A program made the translations under genes and the position numbers. A stretch of 64,000 bases of DNA from Lama guanicoe. Lineage: Eukaryota. Of the stretch, positions 26,702 to 39,275 are shown piece by piece (the stretch's first letter is position 1; each line of letters starts with the position of its first letter). The notes beneath the pieces are model-generated. The model saw only the letters and a list, made by a program, of their open reading frames with translations, searched no databases and was not told the DNA's origin. The DNA lies in the NCBI GenBank assembly GCA_013239625.1, contig MU054220.1, positions 6,184,626 through 6,248,625 of the forward strand, in the 5' to 3' direction.

Positions 26702-27304
26702 GGAATAACACCTATAAACCACTTGACAGGGTGCATAGTCCCTGGAACTTAGTGAAGGTTTCTTCCAGGTCTGCTCCTTTTGGCCCCTCTTTCTCCATGC
26801 CGCCCACTCACCCTGCCTAGATGATATCTTGCAGAATTTCCTTGCTATCAGGAAGAACCCAGCTGAGACCCATGAGGTTCTCACCACAAGGTAATTGCTG
26901 TGTCTGTGTCTGTGCTTGTTTGTAAGCTTGGCTCGTTACAATCTGTAGACCTGTTTTTCAGCAGATGTTTGACATCATTTGTCTCCCAGCACAGACGGTC
27001 TCCACCTTGATTTGCGGTGAGACGCAGATTAGGGCTGGGAAGTACCATCCATACGAGTGCTGCACGAAGTGGTTTACCGCAGCCTCCTGCTGCTCCTGAA
27101 GGATGACTCACATCCCTGCGCTGTGTGGGAGGGAACATGACAGTTTAATTTAAATACCTCTGCTGATGCACTCAGTTCTGAAAGACACATTCTCTGCTCT
27201 GCACTCATGTTCCTGAGCTGTCACTCTACCTGCGAGTCTCAGTTGCAGTCTGACAGAGAGGGGAGGAGATGGCCTGTGTTCTAAGTCAACATGCTGTGTC
27301 ACCA

Positions 27305-27545
27305 GGAGTGGTTACAAGCTTGGCTCTGGAAGCAGTCTGCCTGAGTCTGATGCTGACTCTGCAGCCCTTCAGCCGCGTGGTCATGGACAACTGACTTACT
27401 CTTTAAGAACCTCAATTTCTTCATCTGTAACGTCGGGATGACCCAGAGCACGACCCATCTCCTTGAGTCATTGTGAGGAATTAAACACTTAGAACCCTTC
27501 TTAGAATATAGTCCGTTTTAATAATAAGTACAGATGATTGTTACC
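27305..27545 (+). mobile_element. MIR
   Basis: gtggttacaagcttggctctgga...cctcaatttcttcatctgtaa...ttgtgaggaattaaa. Confidence 0.8.
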
Positions 27546-27817
27546 AGGCATAGGATCAGGTTTAAGAGGAGCAGTGGCTCAAAAAGTCATCACAAAAGGC
27601 CGCTTAAGGAAGCTGGAATGCCCTAATGAAAACAAACATGAACTATATCTAGTGCAGAGCAAGGTGGAATCAGAAACCACCTTGTTTTCTGTGTACAGAA
27701 GCAAACACCATGGGCTATTGAGGAAGAAATAATTCATTGGAGATTGAGGATGGAAGTGAGGAATGTTTTATAGAGGAGGATCTGATTTAATTTTATCTGG
27801 AAACTAAGTCATATTTT

Positions 27818-28035
27818 TTTTAATTTTTTAAAAATTTTATTCTTTATTGGAGTATGGTTGATTTATAACATTAGTTTCAGGTGTGTAGGAAAGCAATTCA
27901 CGTACATACGTGTACATACATACGTATACGTATTTTCAGATTCTTTCCATTATAGCTTATTACAAGATATTAAATGTAGTTCCCTGTGCTATACAGTAGG
28001 TCCTGTTGTTTAATTATTTTATATATATTAATGTG
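27818..28035 (-). mobile_element. Short 5'-truncated young L1 3'UTR insertion with TSD
   Basis: tagttccctgtgctatacagtagg and ttagtttcaggtgt L1 3'UTR motifs plus a poly-T tail. TSD AGTCATATTTT at 27807-27817 and 28036-28046. Confidence 0.9.
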
Positions 28036-28224
28036 AGTCATATTTTAGTAGAAGGAAGCAACAGTTGACATTCTAAGCAAAGTCAGAGGCACTGTTTCTT
28101 AATATGGGAAACACTGAGTTTAGAGTCCTTTTCTCATTTGGAGGGTCTTTTGGGCTTATAAATGAAGGAGTCATATTCATGTACAGCCATGATCGTGGTG
28201 AGCGAGGGGCAGGGAATGGAAATA

Positions 28225-28445
28225 GCTTTTGTTGAGCATGTACATCACACCAAGTACTGGAACAAGCAATTTGTTTTTAACCCTGTCAGAAGTTTCCAGA
28301 ATGGGCAGTTGCTGTCTCCATTTTACAGATGAGAAAACAGAAGCTTAGGAGGGTTGAATAAAACAGACTCCCCTTAGCTAGTAGACTCTGCATATAAACC
28401 CAGACTTAAATTTATAGATTCCATATCCTTTCCACGTGGTCAGAC
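28225..28445 (-). mobile_element. MIR
   Basis: ccattttacagatgagaaaacagaagcttagg. Confidence 0.75.
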
Positions 28446-30710
28446 TACCTGCTACCTGCTGTTAGATGCTGAGAGTCATCCTTTTGTAATAGATGGACGG
28501 TCTAGATTTCCTCCAACTAATTAGCTGTGTGTGTCACATGTTGTTTCATCTCCTGGCACAAAAAAGTAGGTCAATATTTGTCAGACACATGGAGAAAACG
28601 AGATGAGGCTGCCCCTGGTCTCTGGCTCCCTTAAGGCCTACCTGGGCTGAGAAAATGTGTATCTAAGAACCCCTCAGACCTTTGCACACTTGGACCATTC
28701 TGAGATGGAGGGGAAAAAGGCCTTAAACTCCTTAGCTGCTTCTGCCCCGTCACTCCCTTTGGGTGTCACTCAACCACAGGAGGACCACTGGGCACAAGAC
28801 CAACGGCACAAAGAGACCCACCACGAGTGCCGCTTAGGAAGCCACCCGCCCTTCTCCTCTGCCGCAGGAGTGACAGCCCTCTGCAGAGTGCACTTCAGAG
28901 AAGGAGCAGCCTTCACAGCATCCTTCACATCCTGACTGTGCCGTGAAACACCATATGTATTTATATCACACCAGCGGTAATGTTTAAAAGAAAAATCTTT
29001 CAAGTCAGTTTTCACATTATTCCAAATGATGGAAAAAGATCATTTTGTTTCTCTCCTAGGGCTGGGAAGGCAGTCTTGTTATTCCTCACCAGTCATCAAA
29101 TGGATCTGGTGTTTCTGCACTTGTGACAGTTAGCCTTTTGGAGGTGTGAAGTGTCTGGGACACATCTGGTTAGATCAGCAGTCCTCATCTAACTGGACCC
29201 AGGATGGTGTGTCTTTCCCCTTGGCTGAACACGTGTGGCATCCCTCCCACTCTGAGTCGATTTAGAACCCCGCTTGGGCTTCCGGGCATTGTTTCATGAT
29301 CTGCTCCCTGAGCCTGTTTATTTCACCAGGCTGATTCTGTAGAGCCAGCCCTTTGCTTTGAATCTAATTCTTAGTCTTTGACAAATCTATATTCAAACTA
29401 AACCTTATGTTCTGGGCCTTCTGTCATCCCAAACTTGGAATCTTGTTCTGCTATGACCTTCAGACATTCACAGACATGTGCCCAGCGAGGGTCCATAGAC
29501 CTCCATGCCCAGCAAGGGTCCCTCTTTCTCTCCCTCTCTCTCTCTCTCACACACATTGTGTGTATATATAATCAGTTTTACTGTCGGGGAAAAATGAGTT
29601 CATACTCAGAAAAATTAACAAACTTGCCAAAGGTAAGGACAGAAAGGACAAGAACAGTTTCAGTATTGGCAGCTGGGTAGAAATTGTGGGAGGTAAGTGG
29701 GCTGATTCTCTATATATTACAGCTTCTGACTCAAAAAGAAAAGATAATTTAACTTTTATACAACATGTTAAAATTTGTACAGTACTTCTTACATCCTACT
29801 ACCTTGCTCCTTTTGAACCCAAAGAAGTGGGTTTTGTATTCATATCTTGGGAATTCAAGACAAGTACTTTCTCCACTGTACTGATTCTGTGAATTGAAAG
29901 TACACACCACTGGCTACTGTTTTTAAAGAGAGCAAAGTTCTAGAAACCATTGTGTTGCCTCTTGTATTATCATAAGCTTCTGGGAAGGGGGGTTATTGTC
30001 CAAGTGAAGAGAATTCAGACAATTACTGAGGTTGCTGTATAGAAAAATCAACATACAGAAGAGGTTTAGAGAATATTTTAGTGATAACCGAGGGAGGGAA
30101 AGGGACTGAGTGTCCACAGGGCTTAAGGAAGAGGGTGAAATACAGGTCCGTTGGATACAAATGGAGAAAGTGGAGGAAATCCTTTGGTGTTCTTGTCAAG
30201 AAAATTGATGAGGGGTTCAATGTAACCTGTGTATTAAGAGACATATAAAAGGATCAAATGTCTGTGATTGTAGTCTCCAGCACATTACGTACGGTATGGA
30301 ATTCAAATTAATATTCTGATATCCAGAATGGACTAGTGATTTGGTAAGTGACAGAATTCTTGCACAGAGGAAATGAATACTGGCCATGCTAGAAAGCCAG
30401 TCTCCCACACTCTTTCTGAGTGAGAAGGAGGAATAAGAAAGAGGTTTACAGGCACATAAGCCATTGCTGTGTGCATCCTGTGCATCCTGGCAGGCTCTGT
30501 GGAGTATCAGAGGCAGGCATAGGGGTAGGAAGAAGAGTCATCATTATCAGCTATTTTTGGCTAGAAGGCTAAAAAACTGTTAACTTTTAGTCTTGTTAGG
30601 AGAAAGTCTCTTCTTTCACACAATTCCTCATCACCTGGGGAATAGAATAGAGTCTTTGGGAATATATTTTCTGGTTTTATACTCTCAGTGAGTGCACATA
30701 CACAATGCAA

Positions 30711-30711
<1 letters not shown>

Positions 30712-30752
<41 letters not shown>
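30712..30752. repeat. (CA)n microsatellite
   Basis: Seen directly. Confidence 0.95.
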
Positions 30753-30753
<1 letters not shown>

Positions 30754-31619
30754 TTTCTGGTTTTATATTTCCAGAGGGAGAATTTCATCCTTAGACCCTT
30801 CAACCTCTTGGTAACCTGGATTCCAGGTGAGGGAGGAAAAGACTTCCATAGCCCCAAGCCTTAGGTTTGTTAGCACTGGGGAGAATGCATAAAAGATAGA
30901 TGCTCTTCAGAGTTACAAGTCTAGCCATTTTAAACGTTATAAATGTGTGACCCCTGTGACCCCAACTTGTATATCAGGAGGCAGGAGGAGTTCTGAACTC
31001 TCAGAATAAATAGAAAGAAACCCTAGTCTCTCCTTTTCTCTCACACTTTAAATCTCCATAAACTTTGCACATTCCCTATTATCCTATAACTTCCAGTTGC
31101 CAAAACCCTTCCGATGTGCCCTCTGGAATTAATAGTCGATCATCAGCAAAATTCCCTGTGTCCTCAGATTGTTCTGTGAATGTTCCTTTATCGTCTTTTT
31201 CTGTAGGAAACCTGGATGCTCTGAGAACGAACACTGCTTCCCCTGCAGTCCTCTCAAATGTGACTCTTTTTTCTCCTGTAACTCTCAAACCACCAGTCCT
31301 GGAGGTGGGGTGGCTATCTTCCAGTCCCACTTAGGCTTCCAGATCCTTCCCCTAAAAGCCCCAGATTGAACTCTCACATTGTCATATTACACCATGTATC
31401 ATCTGTGATACATCATATTATACCATGATACAGTCTGGTGGAAGATATCCTTCCCTAGTGTTCTTACTTACCAAACTTGGAACCATTTCTCTTGATACGT
31501 AAATGATTTTAGCTCTTGTCTGAATGTTACTTTTTCCAACAGGACTCTTATCTTACTTCTTGGCACTTTATATACATAGATGTATATGTGTGTCATATAC
31601 GTGTATAATATATGTGTGT

Positions 31620-32945
31620 GTTTCTCCCAGTCCTTCTCAGTCTCTGTTCCTTGAGCTCCTCCCCTCTGATGAACTGCGTCTCTGTGCTGCCTTAGACTTA
31701 GAGCAGCCTTGCCCAATGTGGTCACTCCCTGCTCTTTGAAGCACTCTCACTGTCTGGCTTATGGGACATTATTTTCGTCATTCTCACCTCATCTCCCTCA
31801 ACAATGCTTCTCACCCTTCATTTGCTGGTTCCTTGTCTTCTTGTTGATATCTTACAGTGGTGCCGTCCCAGAGATCCGTCCTTTGTCCTGTTGTTCTCTT
31901 CACTTATGATCTCACCTGGTCTCCGTGCTAGAGCCGCCAGCTACCAGAGGGACACCTCACCACCGCACCGAGCTCGGTACGATGGCCTGCTCAGCATGAC
32001 CAGCTGGGTGTGCAGCGGGCATCTCACGCTTGGTGTCTCCAGAACTGAACTTCTGCTCTTCCTCCCCAGATCTGTTCCGTCTGCAGGCTTTATCAGTGCA
32101 GTTACAAAAGTTCTAGCCTTCTATTTTTTTGAGGCGAAAAATCTTAGGTAATCCTGAATTTCACTTTTTTTGTTTGTTTTCAAACAAACATCTGATCTCA
32201 GTGAAAATTCTACTTGTTTCACCTTCACAAATTATCGAGAATTTTACCACTTACTGTGCTGTGTAAGCCTTCTCACAGGTCTCCCTATGTCCACTTTGCT
32301 CCCAATATATTCTATTCACAGAGCAGACAGAGGGAGTCTTTCTAAAAGACAGGTAATGTCATTTCTTTGCCCCAAACTTTCCAATGCTCCCCTCTTAAGC
32401 AGAGTAAAAGTCAAGTGCCTTCTATTCCCATATTACTCCTCCAAGCTCAACTCCATGTTTATGTATCACTCCTTCTCCTCCAGACATACTGGCCTCCTCG
32501 CTGTTCGTGTTCTTCAAACCTACTGTGTCTGCATGAGTTATCCCCCTTTTTGCAAGCACTCTTCCTGCAATTTCTACCTACCAAACTCCCTTCCCTTCTT
32601 CAAATATTTGTTTATATGTTACCGTACAATTTGGCATACCCTGATCACTCCATTTAAAACTGTGTTCAGACTCCACCCACCACACACATGCACCCCACAT
32701 TGCCCCCTGCCCCTTACTCGGCTCTTTTTGTCCCTTGATAGCACTTATCACCTTCTAACTTGCTATATATTTTATTTTAAAAGATTATATGGATGTGGAT
32801 TATTCACTCTTTATCTCCTTCCCCTGTAAAGTAGGCATCTTAATAGCGGACTTCTTTTTCCCCCAGTGGTCTATCCCCATTCCCAGAATAATATTTGGCA
32901 CATGTATATTAAGTCTTCAGTAAATACCTACAGAATAAATGAATG
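31620..32945 (+). mobile_element. L2 (L2a-like), RT-region remnant through to the 3' end
   Basis: cttagacttagagcagccttg...cactccctgctctttgaagcactc, ggcatctcacgcttggtgtctccagaactgaactt, ending tggcacat...aataaatgaatg. Confidence 0.85.
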
Positions 32946-32999
32946 GTTGAACGGATGATTTTTACCTTTGTTCCAAACCATCTTATAGGTAGAGAGAGT

Positions 33000-33205
33000 G
33001 TATAGTCTTTGTCATCTCAAAGAACTAGGTTTGAGCTGCCTATGGCCATTTTTAACAGTGTGAGCTTGTATAGGTTATTTAACTTTATCAAGAAAATTGG
33101 CATAACATTTTGCACATCTTAGGTTTGCTCTGGGAGGGAAAAAAGAAATGTCAAGCACCTATTACAGTGCCTGGTGTATAGTAAGTGTTCACTAAGTGTT
33201 GGCAA
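33000..33205 (+). mobile_element. MIR
   Basis: tgtgagcttgtataggttatttaact...cagtgcctggtgtatagtaagtgttcactaa. Confidence 0.7.
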
Positions 33206-35009
33206 TTACTGCATGCTTTGTAAATAGCTGCTTTCTTTTTCATCTCCCTCTTGCTTCAGAGAGAAGCAGACAGAACTGTGTTCCTGTGTGACATGTCAGT
33301 ACTGCTGAGTTATCTGATCAGGCTAAGAACGGCTTCTGATCAGATTGTGTTGAGAATGTGACCGAATTTAATGAGCAAGTGCATTGTCCATGCAGGAAAA
33401 AAGCAATTGTCTCTGTGTGATATTTGTGTCTGATTAGCAACAACAATTGCTTCTCCATTTTCAAGCTCTGGTTCACATCAGAGTCATGTTTCTGCAGCAT
33501 ATACTCGATGAAAATGAGATTGAGTTTCCTTCTCTGACAGACTAAGTATAAGCCTTTTAAAGGCAAGAGCAAAATACTCCAACGCAGGACACATGTTCCG
33601 TTTCTTGTAAATAGGTAGTCACAATACAAAGAACATAAAGCAGCTCCAGTAAACAAAGAGCATCGTCTTGCTGATGTGATATGGGATGGACGGAAGTTGG
33701 GGAAAGTGTTCCAGGTCAGTTGCACAGGATCTTCGAAAGGGAAAATGAGCCAAATCGAGGGCTCCTGGTGGGATTTCAAACAACAGAAACAGCATTGCTT
33801 CTCAGGCCTTTCTCTCTCTCTCTTTTTTTTTTAAACTTCTAATTCAGAGAGATTAGTTGAAAAATAAATAACGGTGATAGTAAGAATTTTTCTTAGAAAA
33901 TTATACAAATAAAAAGTGTCACTTAAGTCCTACATTTTGCTTATTTGTGAAAACAAATTGCCAACAGAATGAGAATTCAAGAGAGATTTATATATATTTG
34001 CTCCTCTGAGTTTGGCAAAGACATTTTGGTGGAAAATGATTGACTCCACAGAACAGGAAATTTAATTAATGAAGAAGTATGTCCCTAGAACAAAAATACA
34101 GAAAAAATTCTAAAAAGTAAAACCAAAAAGAGGATTAAAACAAGGAAGAAATATGTTCTTTCATAGAATCATAATATATGAGAATGGAAAGGGATCTTAC
34201 TTTTTTCCAACCATTTTTAGGTGAGGAAATTGAACATCAGCAGTTTTAACTCTCTTGTTCAATGTCACACTAGGAGGTAAAGTCAGTGCCAGTCTCCCAG
34301 GACCTCTAGTCCAGCACGCTGTGCTCCACTCAGACTTTCTTTCCCAGTGCATCTTAAGAGAAGGGGAGACAGTAACATTGATTGACTTCTGAAATAGAAA
34401 AAAAATGACCAGAGGGGAAAAGTGCTCTTGAGTTTGGATGAACCCCTTAAGCATTGGTCATGAAACATCAATTTTAAAGCTTGAAAGGAGAAGGAATTTA
34501 TACTCAGAAGGATTTTTGGCATAGTAGATTAGAACCTAGGCCTTTAGAAGTTCGCAGTGTAATGGCAGAAAACACCATGATGTGAAGAGAAGGATATCTG
34601 GCTCAGATGACTGATGAAACAATTCAAGCAAAATCATTTAACCTTGTACTTGATTCATAGAGATGCTCAGCAGATGCTCCCTGACCTTCACTCAAACGCT
34701 CTTTCAACTACGCTACAACTTCTCTTTCACTAAAGACATCACCAGGGAGCTCAAGGTCAAGCCAGGTGAAAAGTATATTTACACTAAAGTCATTCAGATT
34801 TTGGTAGCAACAGATAGGATAATGTTTTTTAAAATGTATTATTAACAAAGGTTAGGGCGGGGTTAGAGTAAACTTCCAAGACGAACAACAGTATGAAACT
34901 GTTACCATCTGTAAGCCCGGAGGGGCAAAGGGAAGGAACAGTTACTGTAATCCAAAGAGAGAGAAGCCATGGGAATACAGGAAGGCTGGCTAAGAGAAGC
35001 AGTGCTTTT

Positions 35010-35930
35010 TTATTTTTAATTAAACTTTTCATTTTGAGATAATTGCAGATTCACATGCGGTTGTGAGAAGTAATACACAGAAATCTGCTATGCCCTTTAC
35101 TCAGTTCCCCCTGATGGTAGCATCTTGCAAAACTAGTACAGTGTCACATCTAGGATATTTACACTGATACCATCAAAACGCAGAACATTTCCATCACCAT
35201 GAGGAGTCCTCATGTTGCATTTTAATAGCTATACACACTTCCTACCCCCTTCTCCTCACCATAAGTAATCACAGGCAACCACTGATCTGTTCTCCATTTC
35301 TGTTACTTCATCATTTCATGGAATTTTGCAGCATGTAAACTTTTGGGGTTGACATCTTTCACTGACTAATTCTCTTGAGAATTTATCTAGGTAGTTGGGT
35401 ATATCAGGAATTTGTCCTGTTTTATTGCTGAATAGTACTCCATGGTATAGATGTACCAAAGTTTGTTTAATCATCTGTTGAAGAATCTCTAACTTTCTAG
35501 TTTTTGGCTATTATGGAGAAAGCTGCTGTAAACATTCATGCATCCATTTCTGTGTGAATATAATTTACTGTGTTGCTGGGATAAATGCCCAGGAGTGCCA
35601 TTGCTGGGTCATAAGGTAGTTACATGTTTAGTTTTTAAGGAAACTGTCAAGCTGTTTTCTAGAGTGGCTGCACCATGTCGCTTGCATTTCCATCAATATG
35701 TGATGTTCTTCCATAACCTCACCAGCATTTCGTGTTGTCACTGTTTTGTAAAAAAACTTATCCATTCTTCTAAGTGTGCACTGATATCTCACTGTGTTTT
35801 AGTATGCATTCCCCTAATGGCTAATGATGTTAAAATCTTATCATGTGCTTCTTTGTCACCTTTACTTCCTCTTTATGAAGTCTCTTCATGTACATTTTCC
35901 TATTTTGTAATTAGGCTATTTGTCTTTTTA
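35010..35930 (-). mobile_element. LINE-1 3' fragment (L1MC1-like)
   Basis: ttttgagataattgcagattcacatgcggttgt...catcttgcaaaact...gaacatttccatcacca, followed by antisense ORF2-end sequence. Confidence 0.9.
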
Positions 35931-36562
35931 AAATGGCATCTACCTATATTTGCACATCAAATCCCCAAGGCAACTGAAACTAGAGCCATTTGATTTCATA
36001 GCTTTGTAGGACAACAACCCAAAGTGTGAGTTTGTCTACCTGGGAGTTCTTCTTATACTCTTATTACCTAGAAAACTCAACATGGCTTTTCTGATAGTTA
36101 TAACATGAATCAAGCTCTATTCAGTGCCAAGGGAGTCCTAGGACAACTCGTAGAAAGGGAGGTGTTCCCAGAAATGACGCACCTGGGAAATTATAGCTCC
36201 TTTTTAATTTAGTGCTTCAGTGAGAGTCTTACACATCGAATATGAATTTTTAAATGTCCCCACTGAACACAAGAATGTTCCTTGCTATTGTTTAAGTCTG
36301 CTTTAAATGTTGCTTACTGTTTCTTGATTGAGAAATATGGAAAGAGCCTATCAAATCTTTCAACTAGTTTTTCATCTATTTTACATTGCATTGAGGAAAG
36401 ACTCGAAGTAACGCATCCAGTGAACCATGTGCTTAATCATGTGAGGCCATTGCCTCATTGCTGTGATTCTTTAGGAAAGAAGCTGTTTGGGTACTTTACA
36501 TGAAAATTTGTTTTTGTGGGTGCCACAGAGAATTGTTGGCATTTAAAGGGAAGTCATGGTTT

Positions 36563-36663
36563 TATACATATGTATATATGTATATAAATATATATGTGTA
36601 TATAAATATGTGTGTGTGTATGTGTATGTATATATATAAAAATATATATACATGCACATACAC
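36563..36663. repeat. (TA)n/(TG)n low-complexity microsatellite
   Basis: Seen directly. Confidence 0.9.
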
Positions 36664-37834
36664 AAGAAAAAGCTAAGATGATATCCCTTATCTTACAGTA
36701 AGGAAAACTAACACTGAGGAAGATTTTGTGATTCAGCTGCCCAATCTATCCATAGTACAGGTGATTCAGTTATTCTAAATCATAAAAATGGGGGGAAATG
36801 AGGAAATGTCTCTGCTTAAAGACTTCAGTGATTGTAACTTGACCATAGAGTGAAGTCCACATCCACTATAAGGGCATTCAAAGACTGCAGTTTGAGCCCA
36901 TCTGCCTTTCAGTGTCTGTTCAGTCTGCATCTCTGTGCTTCCTCTTGTCTGAACACTGTGTAACACTTCTCAGCCACACCTCCATGCCTTTGGTCTCGAC
37001 CTCCTGTGTACTCAGTAGCATTCCCAGGACCCAGCATTCCTTGGCCACAGGGAAAGACACTGCAAGTTAGACATTTAAAAAAAATTCTATTATTAAGTAA
37101 GATGGACTTTGAATACAGTTTATCTTGTATTTCTAGCCATATCTTGTAAATGCCTAAACTAAATCTTAGACAAAGTAGAATTACAATCAGGGCCAGAAGT
37201 TGACTATGTTCCTTTCTTCTTTGTCACTAAATTTTCACAAAGGTTAAAGCGGGATATTCCTTTAACTCTGAGATCTTCATTCATGTGGAAGTTAGCTCAG
37301 ATTGTAAAGTGAAAATCCAAAATATTTATTCCTTCTTTGTCAGCAAATACCTTCCTTGAAAAAGTTGATATGTCTGAATTCTCACTTGAGTTTTTATCTA
37401 GAGATAAACACTGTAAAGGAAAGACAAAAAGAGTGTCTGGCAGGGATGCTTTGTGACTGAGACAGATTTATAAAGTCCTTTTCCTTCTAATTAGTTATGT
37501 TTTGAATTTTCTTTAAGAAAAGATGCATACATTATAGCATATTGAACAGTAATTAAAAGCATGTTAAAAATCTTGCATATACATATGAAAATTTGATTAT
37601 GTATAATTTATATATACATTTAAATAAGATCTACTTGGGAAGGAAACGTTAGGGAGATTACTCTTGACTTGTAGAATAAAATCCTTTGCCCCTAACTTGA
37701 GGCTTTAGCATGGAAGAATAAAAAAGTGATCAGCTTTGGGGTAAGATGAATTTGAGTTTAAATTCCTCTCTGTCACTTATCTAGGGCAAATATTTTAACC
37801 ATCTTCATCTATTCTTATAAAGAATAGATTGTGT

Positions 37835-38130
37835 CCTTGGAATGCTAGCTCTGGGGGAAGCCGGACTGACTCTGTTTAAAACAATTGATTTCCCCTAGAC
37901 TGCCAAGTTGTAAGGAAGACCAAGCTAGCCAGTGGTAGAGGCCAGGTGGAGAGAGATACCTGGCCAGAATCCAGCTGTTCTTGCCATTCAGCCCGGATGC
38001 CAGATGTGAATGAAGAAACCATCAGATAGTCCTGTCAGTTGTCATCAATGGCAACGACATAAAAAGCCTCAAACAAAAACTGTCCAAGTGAGCTCAGCCA
38101 GCCCCTGAACTGAGAGAAATAATAATTTTT
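37835..38130 (+). mobile_element. MaLR LTR fragment (MLT1G/H-like)
   Basis: gtaaggaagaccaagctagcc...gccagatgtgaatgaagaa...aactgtccaagtgagctcagcc...gagagaaataataa. Confidence 0.65.
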
Positions 38131-38232
38131 TTATTTTTGTTTTTTGAAAAAGGACTTAAGATGGGATATAAGAAATCCATAAATGTAATAGCTCAATAAA
38201 TGGAAATGCTCAAATGATGCACAAAATAAACA

Positions 38233-38330
38233 TGAATGTTCATGTATAACTGAAAAATTGAGCTCTACACTGGAATTTGACACAACATTGTAAAGTGACT
38301 ATAACTCAATAAAAATAAGTTAAAAAAACG
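38233..38330 (+). mobile_element. Very short young L1 3' terminus
   Basis: catgtataactgaaaaattg...gacacaacattgtaaagtgactataactcaataaaaa closely resembles 55688-55760. Confidence 0.85.
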
Positions 38331-38719
38331 AAATACAAATTTCTATTTAGATGATACATAAGTTAACAAGCAATGAATGCAAAAAAGAACAAAACCCTTT
38401 TTCCAGAACAATGCTCTATAATTCATATTAGATCTTTAGCAAAGTGACATCTTTTTTCAGTCCCAAATTCAGTTTCTGGATTCAAAATCACAAGTTAACT
38501 ACTTTATGCTTTTTTATTGTTTTTCATTCTTAAAGTGGAAACAACAATAGTACCTTCCCTCATAGAATTAGTGTGAACATGTGAATATTAAATGAGTTAA
38601 TGCAGAATAATGCCTGGTATATAATAAATGCTGCAGAAGTGTTTACTAGTATTAGTATTAGCATCACTCAGAATCTCTTTGATCTCTATAGGTAATTCAC
38701 AGTCCTTTATCATCCAGAA

Positions 38720-38848
38720 ACTCCAGATAAACAATGCTTTTTTTTTGTTTAGTAGAAATATCCCAAATACTGCATGGAATATACTTGTCTGAAATTTAAA
38801 TTTAACTGAGAGGCCTGTGTTATTATTTGATAAATCTGGCAGTCCTAG
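38720..38848. mobile_element. MER53-like hAT MITE (partial)
   Basis: cagataaacaat...cccaaatactgcatgg...ctgaaatttaaatttaactg...aaatctggcagtccta. Confidence 0.75.
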
Positions 38849-38939
38849 ACTTAACTAGACTCAGCTTCCTTATCTGTAAATGGGGAGATTACACTGACGT
38901 CACAGGGTTTTTTTGTATGTAAATTGCACAGTACAAAGC

Positions 38940-39275
38940 AGCTACTCATTTTCTTTAGGTCTTTGCTTAAATGTTACCTTCTTCTTGAGGTTGCCCTTGG
39001 CTAACTCATCTAAAATTTTAACAGTCCTCTCATGACCTCATATCTTTCTTTCCTACTTTTTTCTTTGTTTGTTTCTTGTTAATCCCTTCACTATGTATCA
39101 GACTTTATATTTTATATCTTTATCTGTGTTATCTGTCTACCCCACTCGATCATAGCTTCATGGGGACTGACTATGTTGTCTGCTTTGTTTACTGTTGCAT
39201 CCTCAGTGCCCAGAAAGTGCCTGTCCTATGTAGACATTCAATAAATAATTGTTGCTTTAATGAATGAATGAACCA
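38940..39275 (+). mobile_element. L2 3' end
   Basis: ggtctttgcttaaatgttaccttct...gtagacattcaataaataattgttg...aatgaatgaatgaa. Confidence 0.8.

Noticed and set aside
32170..32829. Longest ORF (219 aa) as a protein-coding gene
   Set aside because: It lies wholly within a decayed L2 element, starts at a non-ATG codon and has no recognisable domain
33318..33779. 153-aa minus-strand ORF as a gene
   Set aside because: Non-ATG start, no recognisable homology and no supporting splice structure
1..35930. Similarity between 1-835 and 35010-35930 as a segmental duplication
   Set aside because: Both are L1MC1-like copies and their unique flanks differ
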